From: Octopus bimaculoides
Taxonomy: Eukaryota
Direction of reading: 5' to 3'
DNA length: 64,000 bases
Assembly (NCBI RefSeq): GCF_001194135.2
Contig: NC_068981.1
Coordinates: 39,664,141-39,728,140, forward strand
Shown here piece after piece: positions 26,350 through 40,059 of this stretch. How positions within the stretch are numbered: the first letter of the stretch is position 1; the number at the start of each line of letters is the position of its first letter. The notes beneath the pieces are model-generated. The model worked only from the letters and a program-made list of their open reading frames with translations, made no database searches and was not told the DNA's origin. The position numbers and the translations under genes are program-made.

Positions 26350-29300
26350 ATATTTCTTCGTACATGTTGTCACTATACCCAGAGTACTTGTTATGGAATT
26401 TGTTTCTGTTTTCATTCCACATTTTCTAAATATCTTTGTTTCTAGTTTTGGATAGTTTTGTATTTATATTCGTGATATTGTTATACCGTTTTCAGTTCAT
26501 ATATAGGTTATGAAAGTTTCTTTCGCTGATGGATGATTTACCTTACCTTATTCTCCATGTTTGCGTAACGATATATATCCCAGAGAATGTTCATTTTGTA
26601 AAAATCTACTGCCTCATTTTTGTTAACGTTTCAGAATACTACCATAGTGTCCATTGTAAAAATATAATTCTGAAATACCAGTATATTTACCCTGTTTTAA
26701 TTAGGACTGGTCATTCAACAATATGGTAGATTGTTTATTTACAGATTCTACATGTTCCAAAATTACTCTTGTATTCTATTTTCTATAATGTATTGGCAGC
26801 TTTTGTTTTCTGTTTTTGGTCTTGTCTACCGATCAAATTTTTTCATTTAAGTTTTATCCTACATTTGCTAAATACTGCTATGTTTAATTTATATGATACC
26901 GGACCAAATATCCTAGATGCTTGAGACTAGAATTGGTCTTGATTTCGAAGTTTTCTGGTTTTTTTGGAGAGCACCTAAATATATAAGATAAACTTATAAA
27001 GTTAAGTATTATATTACATATCAACAGGTAAAAATTAATTCATTTCTAAAGTACAGCTTCGTTGGTATTATTAATCGATCTGCAACATTATAACTATAAT
27101 ACACTGTACTGTGTATACAGTGTAATGTTTATATGGTAAAAATTAAACGAAGTAAAGAAAATAATTTTGACAGATGCAGGTACAAATTAATACGCTTCAA
27201 AGGCAGAGTATGTTTGATCTTCATCAATCCACATAAAAACGTAAAGAACAAGACTATCTGTAGCACAAATTAACCAACTCCAAGGCTGTGCTTCCTCAAC
27301 GCAAGGATACGGTATATTGACCGATACTGCACAGTATTTCCGGATTTCTGAACATTCTATATTTCAGATATTTTAAGATATTTTGCTTTCAGTGTTTGCT
27401 TTCATTTTGTTCTGTAGTGGCGTTTTGGGAGCTTTCTTCTCCAACGTCGTAGTCAACTGAGATTTTAGTTTTTAATTTTCTGTATTTTTGTTTCAGTTAG
27501 CTCAGCTCTGTTTTACATTACTTAGTTTCCTTTGCGAAAAACGAAACAGTTTAGTTTACATTTTAGTAAGTATTTTTGTGGCTCTACACTAAATAATTTT
27601 ATAATGGGATCCTCGATGCAGAATACCTCTGCTGGCTTGTGGTTGGTACATTGAGAATTCAATCATTGACTTTCTTATCTTCATGCCTAAAGACGTGTAT
27701 TGCTGAGAATATTATCACAAAAACTTGTGTTAATATCACTGCAGTGTTCATATCTCATACAATATACATTCCTCCAGTTAAAGTATTAATTTATTATGAA
27801 TATTATATTCTTTAGTAACATTTTTGTATAAGTAGGCATTATATTTGTTTAATTACTTTTATCCTTTCGGAGTCAATAAAATAAGTCCTAGTTGAGCACA
27901 GGGGGCCATGTAATTGACTTACCCCTTCCCCGGTATTGCTGGCTTTGTATCAAAATTTGAAATCAATATTATACTGTTATCTTATAAATTTCATAAATTT
28001 TCTCTACAAGGTTGCCGTATCGTTGCACACTTTAACCTGCACACCTGTTCAATGTGTGCACTAAATTCGTGTACAGAGTGTAGTAGTACTTCTTAGAATC
28101 GTGCAACTTTAGCTAATGCATAAACCGGATTGTTCTTTCACAGCATTTGTATCTAAATAATTCTACTTTAGCATCTTAGTTGAAGGTATTTGCTCTTAGC
28201 AGAAAATGAGCGGAGGAGGAAGGCAATCCACTAGGAACATTCCTCTTATAATAAATTTTTCCCATCTTTCTTTCATTTGAAGCTACAAACTGTAATTTCA
28301 TTTATTCATGTCACGTTTCTTGTACCTATTTCATATTAGTGTTTCTTACGCACACCTAATGTTTTTAGTAATTACGAATATTGAACGCAGTAACAAGCCT
28401 CGTGGTACCTAATCCATGTCATGCTCCGACGATTCCTTTCACTCATACCTTTTTCGTTTATAATTTTGTTGATTAGTAACTGATCTTTACTTCAATGTAG
28501 ATCTATTCAACATCACTATTGTCTTTTTTTCGAATGTGTATTTATACTTTCCAAAAATATTACGATTTAAGTTTATTTTTATATATAGTAGGAAAACATG
28601 CTATGAGGAATTTATAGTTTCAAGAAAATATGTAGTTTTCGTCAGTCTTTAGACTTACAATATTTTTCCCACAGTGAATTATCTAGGATATCTTTCTGGC
28701 TTTTTCAGTATGCGATTAAATGATTTTGCAAGCACTTTGGTAGGTATTTTAACTATGATCATGAAGTATGCTATTTCTTAGTTTCTTTCCAATTGCTCAT
28801 ATTATTACAATACAACTGTTCTACTTCACTTGTTACTTATTAGGAGTAATACCTTTTATTTTAAGGATTCTTGGTTGTAGTTGTCAATAAAATGTCCCCG
28901 TTTTCTTTCCTTAAAGTGCTGGTGCTACATTGCTTTCTGTTTCTCAGCGAAATATTTTCGTGTTGATATCAAACTGTATATTTTGTTTCAATACGTTACG
29001 GCGCTCTTTGCCTTCAAAATTTAGCAACGATAACTGATTATTTGAAGCGCTATTGATATTCAAATATTAAAGTTTTGCTGATATATTTTCAAAGTATTTG
29101 TACTTCTTTCTTGAACTTTTTCATTTGTACATTTTAGTTGTTAATTTATTGAGGTTTAAGTTATATATCATTTTCTATTTTTATCAGTGTAAATATTTTC
29201 TGTGTTCCTTTGTGTATAGAAGTTCCTTAAAGAGAAGTTTTGAGGAAGGACCAAGTTTCATTTGTAACTACTATGATTGTTTCATAAATTAGTTAATTTA

Positions 29301-29800
29301 TCTTGACAATATTCATGTTCGCATTTAAATTTAAGTATGCCTCTGAGGTCAAGTTTGCGTGTTTTATAACCGTTGCTTCTTTATTGCAAAGATTTCATTT
29401 TGGGATGGTTTTTCATTGGTCCGTAGAAATAGCTTCTATTTATTTTAACTTCTTTAACTTCTCAATCTTTTCAGTATTGCTATATTCAAAAAATTCCAGT
29501 TTTAGCTCTTCTCTTAGAGATGTTATATTCTTGTGTTCATATTTTCATTGACGTACTTTGGGTTCGGCTCTTGTTGTTCTATATTCTATAGTTATGTTAT
29601 AGATTTTTGTATTGTTTTGTTTTATTTTGTTTACTTCCTATGTGCAAGATTTATCTTCGTGATTTAAATTTCTATGTTTAGAGCTTTAATGTTTTCTGCG
29701 TAGTTTTCTTTATTGTTGTGTATCTTCTTTTTTATTACTGTTCTAGTTCAAATTCAGATATTTTTTTTTTTTAAGAATACATATTCTTAACTTGCCTAGT
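26350..29800 (-). mobile_element. Decayed RLE-type (R2/NeSL/HERO/R4 group) non-LTR retrotransposon
   Basis: Colinear minus-strand motifs: KDQLLINKII (28463-28492), SMTWIRYHEA (cf. SMAWIDY.KA, 28405-28426), IIRGMFLVDCLPPPLIFC (cf. IKRGIFQGDSLSPLLFC, ~28200-28250), CCHC knuckle CRICK.TIYHIV (26720-26752), ILWDI (26575-26588), KMW..KTETNSITSTLGIV (cf. RMW.LKTETIPIIVGALG, ~26370-26425). The 5' boundary is approximate. Confidence 0.8.
27855..27970 (+). mobile_element. Family A SINE 3' half inserted in the RLE LINE
   Basis: ttatcctttcggagtcaataaaataagtcc...caaaatttgaaatcaatatt. Confidence 0.75.
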
Positions 29801-30070
29801 CTGTAGTACTCTAGAGTTAAAAGTTGCTTTTCTAACAGGTTTAGTCAGTCTTCAGATATTATACACGTAATTGTTGTAGTTTCTTTAAGGGAAGGTGCAG
29901 CTGTAAATCATTCATGTACTATGGAGTTATGTTCCTCCTGTGTCCATTAATGAAGTTTGTATTTGTGAGACGTGAGGAGTAAAGCTTTGTTCATTATTCA
30001 TATTGTCATCATTTTTCATTGTGCAGCGGTGAACTTGTTTGTTGGTGATGCGAAACTTTTCACACTATAT

Positions 30071-30401
30071 CAGGGGTTCTCAACAACTTTTTACCTATGG
30101 ACCTCTTTGATTAGTATTTTATTCTGGTAGACCCCATAGCCATTCGATGTTTAAAAATTAATTTTATAGAAACTTGTTTTAAAAGTCCTATATTGTTTTT
30201 CATACATTAACTTGTGTAGGTTGAACGATGTAAAATGTTAGAAAAAGAAACCTAGCTGTTTCTTGCAATACATACGCATACATGCATCTAAAGCAACTTT
30301 TGTTTTTTTGTTGATCCCCAATTTACTATTTTGCTGTGTGGGTACTCCAAAATCTTTTATGGATCTGTAAGGGTCATATGCATCCCGGTTGAGAATCACT
30401 G
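30071..30401. mobile_element. Non-autonomous hAT (Charlie-like) MITE, 331 bp
   Basis: 14-bp TIRs caggggttctcaac / gttgagaatcactg and a perfect 8-bp TSD cactatat (30063-30070, 30402-30409); CAG termini with an 8-bp TSD are typical of hAT. Confidence 0.92.
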
Positions 30402-30639
30402 CACTATATTATAGTTGTTATGAATCAAGTTCAAAGCATGCATTGCACCTAATTTTGGAACAAAAGATAGGATTTTAATTTGTATTGTTTACCATTATTT
30501 GTTTTGAATTGAATTTGTCTAGAGTTCGTTTTCACGTGTTCTTTCAGTGTGTTTACATGTGTTGATATTAAGGATGCATAAATTATGTTAAAGAAAATAA
30601 CATCTATGCATCCATCTTCTGCGCTCAGTATTCTTGAGG

Positions 30640-30900
30640 GGCGGACGTGGGGGTAGAGACTTCAAGTGCTTACTCCATAGGGTCCTATCAGAAGCAACCG
30701 TCATTACACTTTTCAGCTGGATCCCAAAACGTGACCATTTGAGACTATGGATATTATTCAATCCTCTTGGTCTTGGCCTATGACTAAATCTCCTACCTGT
30801 TGGTTCAGATTCAAGAATCCGTCATGCGATTCTTTCCTGCAATATTCTAATAACGTCTCCATAATATTGAAGCTGTGATCTCTCAATGCAGCGAAGTAGC
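30640..30900 (+). mobile_element. Possible L1/Tx1-like LINE C-terminal remnant
   Basis: GC-richer segment; frameshifted TKSPTC...RHAILSC resembles the SPTC.RC...E...HA...C knuckle. Weak. Confidence 0.25.
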
Positions 30901-31859
30901 GACTCAGTCGCATCTCGGAGTTACGGGCTCTCTCGAATTACGGTAATCCAGAGTTCCTCCGGAGAAACCCTGTTTTGGTCGCTTATATTCCCGATCGTAC
31001 TCTTTCAATTATTATCCAACGTTCACGACTATAGGTAATGATAGGTAAGCAAATTCAACTGAAATATATTACTTACTCGAGTATCCTTCGCATTGGGAAG
31101 AAAATAAGCTGAGACGCATTAAATAATAAATGATATGTTAATAAATGGAAGAAATACAACAGAATTTCAAATCATACATTATAATAAAGGCTGTTATTAA
31201 TTTTGTACCGCTTTATGCTCCGTAACGAAACTGTTCGACAATGAGATAGCTAAATATATGAGCCAGGTAGAAATAAGCATAGGGTCGATATAATCAATTA
31301 TACTCTTTAAAGCGGTGACCTTGCATGGCTTCAATCCAATGACTGATACCTGTAAAAGAATAAAAGAATACATTACACACATGCGTACACGCATACACTC
31401 GCATACACACATGCATACACGCATACACGCACATACACACACACTCATATGTATTTACAAGCATATACACATGCATATATATATATATATGTGCGCATGT
31501 AGGCATGCAGTTTATTGATATCTGAAATGATTGCATTAGAAACAAAATGTATTCATGGTGTTTCCCTCTAACATTATTAGTGATATCTAGAGGCGAAAGT
31601 CAATATCCAATGCGAAGGTTAGATAATTTTAGCATTGAAATACAGACGGACGTTTCAAATTTATTTCAATCAGAAAATGGAAGTTATGAGTGAGGTATGC
31701 TTGGAATATGGTATATATTTCTCATGTTGCGTTGACTTTCTAACAAGCAGGATTTAATGTATACCTGTCACATTGACGATCAAGTTTTAACCTGAGACGA
31801 GGAAATATTTTTCGACAAAACATTTTTTGTCATCTCAATTTTGTTCATTATAGATCAAG

Positions 31860-32085
31860 AAAAGGTTGAAATACGTACATATATACATACACACGCATAT
31901 GCATGTACACACACATGCATAAATACATACACGCATACGCACATACATACAGATACATACACACGCATACGTACATACACACGCATACATACACACATAC
32001 ATACATACATACATACATACATACATACATACATACATACATACGCGCGCGCACACATACACACACACACACACGTACATACATA
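31860..32085. repeat. Degenerate (CATA)n/(CA)n microsatellite; similar tract at 31370-31500
   Basis: Direct repeat; supplies the THI/HTY-repeat N-terminus of ORF 31903..32682. Confidence 0.95.
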
Positions 32086-32089
32086 CATT

Positions 32090-32830
32090 TATGCATTGAA
32101 ATCCATCTCTTGACCAAGTTTGCACATGAGGCTGATAACATCATAAGTTATGGAGGGCACCTCCTTGAGCAACATACTTTGTCTGATAACCTAGAATACA
32201 TGCCCAAAGAAGTCGTACGACTCTACAGCAATGTACCATCAGATAAAAGAATGAGCCTATATGAGCAGAAGACTATACATGGATGTGTTAGTAGAAAGCT
32301 CCGAGATGATAGTAACATTGATCATCAAAGCAGTTTATCATGGACCAATAGCCGGATTACTACCACCCACTTTGAAGAGTTAGCGTTTGCAATCCAAGAA
32401 CAGGAAATATCAACCAAGTACCTGATGCACAAAGAGAATAGAGATGCAGAAAAAGCAGTAAAATGTAACTACCAATGCAGACTTTGTGGAGGTAACACCG
32501 AAGATATCACCAACATGATAAGCAGTTGTCCGAAAATATCATCACAGTATTATCTACCAATGAGACATGATGTTCTAGCTAGGACACTCTATAATGAAAT
32601 CCGCCAGAAGGATAACCCCGAGGATAAAGAAATAAGTACCCACAGTATCGCAGAAGCCATAGCCACTCGTGATAAAAAGTAGTACTGATGGAATGTTCCA
32701 GTGAAGATCTCAATAAAATGTAAGACCAACAGACCTGATATAATGATTTGGGGTAGAGAAGAGAATAGATTGTTTGTGAGGAACTGTTTGTTGTGGTGAA
32801 TTTCAGTTTTGGAAATCTGATAAACCACGC
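32090..32830 (+). mobile_element. RLE-type non-LTR retrotransposon fragment (CCHC knuckle and restriction-like endonuclease start)
   Basis: ORF contains AFAIQEQEISTKYL, CRLCGGNTEDITNMISSC and RHD; the same frame continues past two stops (32680-82, 32686-88) as WNVPVKISIKCKTNRPDIMIW, the NRPD motif of RLE endonucleases. Confidence 0.9.
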
Positions 32831-33299
32831 TTAGTAGGATTATCCCATTACTTGATGAAATACCGGAAATGAATTAAGAATCATGAATTTTTTTGTCCCA
32901 TATATCGCCCAATAGTATTCATGTAAAACTCACTGATCGGTTAACTAAGTTACAGATTGCTTAGAGAAAGAAGGTTTGAAAGCGTTAATTGGAAATGAAT
33001 TATTTGGGTTTGGTAGCATTTCAACTATTTTATGAGGACAGATGTTGAAAAGAAGCTGTCGAGTTTAGTCTTGCAGCTAGTCGAAGATTGTTTATAAAGT
33101 TGGTGAAAGTGTAAAAGATGCAGATAGGTGAAAAGCTTTGTTTATGGTTCAAAAAGAGGACAAAGTGTTAGCGCTGAAGAAATTTATACAGAACTTTGTG
33201 ATTGATGGAGCAAAATGGAAATGTAAACCACAACGCATGAATTGCAACGTGTAAAAAGTAACACATCAAGAAATTATGCTACCTTCAGACAGGCCTCCA

Positions 33300-33700
33300 G
33301 GTCTGTAATATTACAACAGGAACCGAAGGAGTCAGTGATGGTGTTAAAACCATTAACTAATGCAAACGATTTAAAATGACAAACCTGCAGAAAGAAACGG
33401 GAGAATTTTGTGCGCATTGAAATTACCATGAACGATGGATTCACCAATATCTACAAGGACTAGAGAATCTATCGTTTTTAGTGAATTATCTTTCGTCTTA
33501 TATGTCAAAGAATTTGGAAAGTGAAAGGGGAAAAGTTGCACGTAGACTCATGAAGAAGAGAAACTCCCAACAAAGTAAATGACAATACTTGCCTTAAAAG
33601 AAATGAATGACAAGGAAAGTGTAATCTCCATCAATGAACACACTCTACTTAGAAGATAAATTGAGCTCTAGTACGTAACCCGATCAGCACAGATGTACTG
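33300..33700 (+). mobile_element. Possible RTE LINE RT N-terminal remnant
   Basis: Frameshifted CQRIWK...EEEKLPTK.MTILALK resembles 'C..IW..E..P..W...I..L.KK'. Weak. Confidence 0.3.
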
Positions 33701-35976
33701 TTAATAACGACCAGCTGCACGGGTAATACGTCTCAGAAATCACAAGCGTTTTTTTGTATATAAGAATGGGTTGGGAGAAGGTTTATCTTACCCTATGTCC
33801 GTGTATCTTACCCTGTGATCATGTTTTTGGAAATAAAGGTATAATTACAGCTCATTTGAAATGAAACGTGATAGTAATTTAATGAAAGGTATTTTATATC
33901 CATTAGAATGTTAAATATTCTTATTCACAGCAGGTTAATTTTATGCATTTTACACAGAGAGAGACAAATCGAACCATAGTTAAAAAATATTATAATCAAT
34001 TACCTTGGTTGTTGAACCACAAAACAGTTACGATCGAGCAGAGCTGTGATGAAAATTATTAAGCACATGGTCATATCTTTATCTCAGGTACAGTGTATCT
34101 ACGACTACATGAAATGTCATCTTTTCGTGTGAGATGATGTTGTGATGAGAGATATTTGCTTGCTACTTCTAGCAGGTAAAACCACCATGTAGAGATCAAG
34201 CCATTGGTTCATTAATATTATGACCAGTAATTTCATTAGGAACGACCTTTGATATTGTACATTTATTTCAATGTTCATATTTAAAACAAATGCTCTAAAT
34301 TTATATTTATTTACACGATGTTCTTTGTGAACATTTCGTAAATATTTAAAAAATATAATTAAAATGAAACAAAATATCTATACATTGTATTCTATTAGAA
34401 TAATAATAGGAAACCAGTCAGTAAAATGTCCGGCGTTTGATCAAAATTAATACCGCTGAATTAAATCTAAAATTTATTACTCTCTTTAATATGCTAATCG
34501 TAAACTCAGATATGGTAATCCATACTAAAAATTGTCCATTTTATTCCTAAAAAGCCACTGTTGCCTTGCTTTTGATACTTGTTGCTTTCAACACAATAAA
34601 ACTACTTCTGTAAATCTTTATTCTGAACAACAAGCTACATTCGTTCGCCTACCATCTTACGTTAGTATTCAATACAGTTTTTAATCAATCCTTCACTGTC
34701 CAGTGACGAGCTGATAGAGTTCATAAATTATTCAAAGAAATTGCACACAAGTCAACTTACGAAACAACGCAATTATTTTTATTTTCCATTAAAGTTACCT
34801 TATTTGCATAAAAACAAAATAGTGAATTATCTGCGGCTACTTTATTCGAACCGTCAGCATGAAGTGCATTTCGTGGTGGAGTGGTTTTACTGATTAATTG
34901 CTAGCGCCACATAGTCAATCTCTGCTGCTAAATATGTCATTGAGTTAGTGACATTTATTACACAAGTGACAAAGTTTCACTATCATTTCAAGCAACAGTC
35001 TGTACCCGAACAGAACAAGAGCTGACAAGGGGAAAATTGCAAATCATCACTCAATCTACTCGAAAAGTCTGTTCAAGGAAAATGTTTCATGACCGCACAA
35101 AGAGAATGGCACGAATACCTAATGAAGTTGGTAGGATGGGATTTTAGCATGCTTTCACAATATTGACAGGTTTCCTGTACTTTTTATTTACATCTCCTGT
35201 TTGTAAATTAGCCAATGATATAGGTTAATATCGATGTTATTCGGTGAGAATAAATTTATGCAAATTTTAACATTATTAAAGTGCAATCCTAACTAAATTT
35301 GTGCATCACCAACTCCTTATTTAAATTATCAGATATAAGCAAAACAACAGTGTACGCTTTCATTTAAGCAGTTATGTTTTTATAAAACATTCATATTGGT
35401 TTTAGTTACCTGCTAAAACTTCAGTGTATGCAAATTATTGTTCCAACAATCCTAGGAATCTCTGATTTCTTGAAACAGATTTATCTTCATTTGATTCGGA
35501 GGGGGAAAGAGTAAGTGGCGATATTTGTTTTTCATTTGAGTGGGAGTGCTATATTCATTTATTTTTATTTGAAAGTAGATATTTTTGCGTGTGTTACATT
35601 GGAGACGTGTTTGTCTGAGCATGGATGTTCATAGCCTAGTAAAGATGTCACATTTTGCGATTAGAAAAAAATTTAACTTTGACGAGTTTAATTTCTTAAT
35701 AAGTTGAATAGTATATGATTGCATCTATTGGTATGACAATTGAACAACAGTTTGTTTGCAGAAATAAGGTAACTGGTATCTGAGATTCCAGTCAATGTAA
35801 ATCATGATAGAGGGTTAGTAACTGTATGTTTTGGATATGGTGACAAAGTCAGTGTTCTTTAGTAGAATTTTAAAATTTCTTTAGTAAATTACTTTATTAT
35901 TATGTTGTGCTTTGGGGTAGAAAGAGCGAAAATTAGTGTTTATTAGCATTTCTATAAACAGAGAGGGAGAATATAT

Positions 35977-36042
<66 letters not shown>
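35977..36042. repeat. (GATA)n microsatellite
   Basis: Direct repeat. Confidence 0.97.
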
Positions 36043-36043
<1 letters not shown>

Positions 36044-36344
36044 AATCCACACAAGTAACATAAGTACGGTTATGAGAAAAAGAGAAAAAGTATATGAATT
36101 TAGACAAGAGAACTACGTGACTGGAAGAAGAGTAGTTATACAAAATGTGGATGGCACAAAAGTGTAGTAATGCAAATGGTGAATAAAGTAATGATGAAAA
36201 TAATACAAGTCAAAGATTCCTGTCAAGACCCCTGTAAAATGCCAGCATTAGGACTCTAGCACTGGAAATCAATTGCTTGACAAAGGTTAAAGACTAAGGT
36301 AGACAAAATATCTGTAACAAATCAAAGTTAATGTGAGACTGAAA

Positions 36345-36808
36345 TATCTCTAGCGTTCTTCCTGGCTACTGCTGGGAGAATTTTTATCTCCCTTGGATAT
36401 TTATAGCGTTTTAGTACAATGCGTCCATGATGGTGCTATTTCGGGATGAATACCGCAGTGACAGGCCTATCGACAGCGTGTATACATTTATTATGCTATA
36501 TAGATGACCATTTTAATTTAATACTACCTCAATTGCGTACACTTATTCGTAACATCAGTGAATATTCTGTTCACTCTTTTCTCCTCAGAAATGATAAATT
36601 CTGGTTCGAGTATGGTGTTGATTGCGATTACTTGCCACTGAAAAAGCCCAAATAGGCCGAAATGGATCTAACGTTCTCTTCGCCACTGCTGGGATAAATA
36701 TTCGTCTCCCTCTGATATCTGTTAAGTTTTAGCAGAGAGCATATCTCGGGGCGAATACTGCAGTAACTGGGCTATTGACAGTGTATATACATGCAATGCT
36801 GTCTATAG
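36345..36808. repeat. Pair of diverged ~145-160 bp direct repeats (36345-36503, 36666-36808)
   Basis: Colinear blocks actgctggga..tctccct..gatat..ttttag..tat(t/c)tcggg..gaatac(c/t)gcagt..ctat(c/t)gacag..tatacat..atgct..tatag. Confidence 0.75.
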
Positions 36809-38465
36809 AAATGAGAAGATTTATAAAAGGTGGAGTTCTACTGTTCTTACTGGTTGTTTATTAAATTATAAAGATGATAAATCCATTTTGTTTCTCTTAT
36901 TCCCTTATTAAGTCATTTTTATTTTCCTAAAACTATTTTTAAATTAAGAGACTTTTCTAGGCTATACAATAAACCAATTTCATATAATCTTCATCCGAAA
37001 TAATAAATATTTTTACACAGCCTTAATTTCTTGCAATGCTGGAACAATTAAACTTCAACTATTAGCTTCCTTTCCGTGAAATATAAATGCCTAAACGTAG
37101 AGCTTTTCTGGTTGTAAAATACAGATCAATGCGACATCACAAAATGATTAAGTAGCCGCTTTAAGTGGCCAACGTTGATATTTGTTAGGCTGTACATAAT
37201 ACATTGTAATAAACTAACCATCTTATATGGAAAATTTGTTTTGCAAATATCGCATAGCCATCCCACTTCACCTTTACGTGAATTTGTTTCCTTTTTGCTG
37301 CTATTTATTTATTCATTTATTTTATTTACTTTTTTTGCAATAACTTTATTAGATTCCTACTTGCGTTGTCCGGAAGTTATGAATGGTGCTAATTCTGTCT
37401 TCAAGGGTTACTTCCAAGTTAACTTTTATAAATCTAATAACCTCACTTTTCCATTATTGTGATATATACAACAATCGACAACTTTAGCTCAATTTATGAT
37501 AGTAGATTCACATATTACTTTCACAAAATCAGTTGATGAATACCATTCACTTAGGCATAAATTGAGAATTCCGCCGCATAACATTCCCAATATTGTTAGC
37601 TCACTTTAATTTTTATTAATAGTGAGTTTCGTAAACACTTATGTTATGTGTATATACTTCAACATGTATAATTGAACTAAGTGTATATAAGGTTGTTCTT
37701 TCAGTTTGTGATAATGTTGGTTGATTTATGTATCTTCATATTTAGTTTTCTATTTGAAATATGTCTCTTGTTAATTTGTTCCGAGTAACGTCAAAATGAA
37801 AAGTCTCTCTTTATGAAAAGACATAAACTTTGTTCGTTTAAAGATTGTGTTTTCTGTCTATATAACGATACAGTGACACAAAGTAATAACTTAGATTCTT
37901 CCCGAAATGCATAAAGGTAATGGTGAAATTCTCAGTCAGCCATAAACTAAGCATTAAACCATCATTAAAAATAAGTCATGAACAATTTTCGGACGTTTAT
38001 TCATTTGTACAACTTAGAGATTTTTGTTTGTTTTTTTCTCATGTCATTCTGTGCTTGCTAGCGCTGTTATTTAGCGATTGAGATCTTTGCAACATCCCGC
38101 AAATGTGTTTGTAGTTTTTCCCTCTAAGTACAAAAAGAAGTATAAAGAAGTATAGTAGACCTTTCCTTCCTTGACCTTTATGTAAGTTGTTTATCATCTG
38201 TTTTTATGCTTTAAACGATTACAACTCTGCAGCCAACTAAACACAAATTTTAATTGCATCAGCTCAAATAATAATTATCTAGAATGTTTGCTATTGCAAC
38301 CATTTACGATAACTTAATGTTTTTGAGAATGCTGCGTCTGAACTAATAAATTTCGAATTTTCAGGACGAAATTTCAAAGATAGTAATTTTATCCGTCGTT
38401 TCTAAATTATATTCAATCCTCACTAATGTATTATTTTATGAATTTTTAGTGTAAATATCATTTAC

Positions 38466-38890
38466 ACTTAGAGGCATTTCATCCATCTTTAAAACGTTCT
38501 GAGTTCAGATTCCGACAAGGTCGACATTTCTTTTCATCATTTTGTAACCGATAAAATAAGTACCATTTGAGCACTGGGGTCAATGTAATCGACTTAACCC
38601 CCCCTCCCCTGAATTTGCTGGCCTTCTGCCAAAATTTGGAACTAATACTTCTATTTTCATTAAAGCGTCGAGATAGCAACATTAAAGCGTCGAGCGAGCG
38701 CCGGGAAAAATGCTTAGAGGCATTTCTTCCGACTTTACTTTCTGGATTCAAATGCCACCGGGATCAACTTTGCTTTTCATCATTTTGGCGTCGATAAACT
38801 AAATACCAGGTGAATTCTGGCATTTATGTAATCAGATTATTCCCTCGCCCGAATTTGATGGCCTACTGCCTAAATTTCAAATCAGTAATT
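38466..38890 (+). mobile_element. Two tandem family A SINE copies
   Basis: Units ~38466-38648 and ~38690-38890; a 14-bp duplication attaaagcgtcgag lies at the junction (38659, 38681). Confidence 0.85.
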
Positions 38891-39154
38891 TTATTCTCAT
38901 TTGTTATTCACATAACAATTGTGTAGATTCTCATCCTAAATTCAAAGGAATTATGTCAGCGAAAGAATAAAATATAGTTATATGAGTATATGTAGGTTGT
39001 ACTCAATACTAATTATTAATTTTAATTATTAATTTTTTATGAGACTTCTTTGAAGATAAAAGAAAACAAAATTTTAATTCTAAATTCATGGGAAGCCGAA
39101 GCAACAAACTAGTAAATGCATGAGCATTTATTATTTACTTTCAATGGCTAGATT

Positions 39155-39640
39155 ATGGATTCAAGTTTTGCATCAACGGTGGCTTTCAGTTTACTTGGTT
39201 CATTAAAATTCAAATCAAAAAAATTTTGGATAAGGGATTTCTTAGTTCGTAGTGCTGTGGCTAGAATAAACGGTCATTATCAGCTGATGGTGCATGGTTT
39301 AATAGAAGATGGTGTTTATACATATGTTAAATATTACAATAAGTAAACCTAATCGGTGAATCCCGACGAAGGCTTCGTCGATTAAGATTAAGAGGATTGC
39401 ACGCAAAAGATGTCGGATGTTCTCCGATAAGCTTTCAAACCATGGTAACGGAAACGTTCGGTGTGCTTGTCCCTCGAGTCACTTCTCATTTCTGCTGATT
39501 GAAGATAAGTAGAAACGAGCTTCACGAAGTGATTTAGTACTTCCGCTGTATCTCTTTCAACACCCAGCATTTTGCTGCGACTAAAAACCATTTGAACAAG
39601 ACTGTGTATTATACTTCTCAGGTGGTTAATCCTCTTTCAA
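39155..39640 (+). mobile_element. Probable PIF/Harbinger transposase N-terminal remnant
   Basis: KKFWIR..L (ORF 39155..39346) and downstream LIGESRRR...GLHAKDVGCSPISFQTMVTETFGVLVPRVTSHF resemble the HARBI1-type N-terminus 'WVR..L..R...G.Y..L..EL..ED...F.NY.RM...TF..L...V.P.I'. No TIRs found. Confidence 0.45.
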
Positions 39641-40008
39641 ATTTGTAAATGTCAGATAATTCTAGATGTATATTTTTGCCACCACTGCTAATATCAGGAA
39701 ATATTTCATATATATATACAATAATTTATTGTAACTTTTATCAAATTCATTGGTGCTTATATAGAATGATGAAATGTCAATAATTTTCGAATGAAAAATA
39801 AAACTTACTTTAAAATGAAATTTAAAAAACAAAATAAATGTCTCGTAAATTTACAATAAATAGTTATAATTAATCTTCTAAATTTTATCAACATAACCAC
39901 TGCTCCATTGAAAACTTATGTCAACAGAATTTTTATTCCTCCAATAACTACTCTATCATTTAATCTCACTCTTTCTCCTCCTTATTCTCCCTTATCTCTT
40001 TCTTTCTC

Positions 40009-40059
<51 letters not shown>

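Noticed and set aside
31903-32682. 259-aa ORF as a novel His/Thr/Tyr-repeat zinc-finger gene
   Set aside because: The N-terminus is a translated (CATA)n microsatellite and the rest is an RLE LINE fragment continuing past stops.
35200-35440. Octamer (ATGCAAAT) x2 plus CCAAT as a promoter or snRNA enhancer
   Set aside because: Short motifs are expected in AT-rich DNA, and no snRNA coding sequence is recognisable nearby.
35762-35768. 7-nt microexon (tttgcag|aaataag|gtaact)
   Set aside because: Not frame-preserving and expected by chance in 64 kb.
39364-39430. Palindrome cgacgaag-g-cttcgtcg and nearby hairpins as a structured RNA or hammerhead
   Set aside because: No CUGA core or correctly placed GAAA; lies within the probable Harbinger coding remnant.
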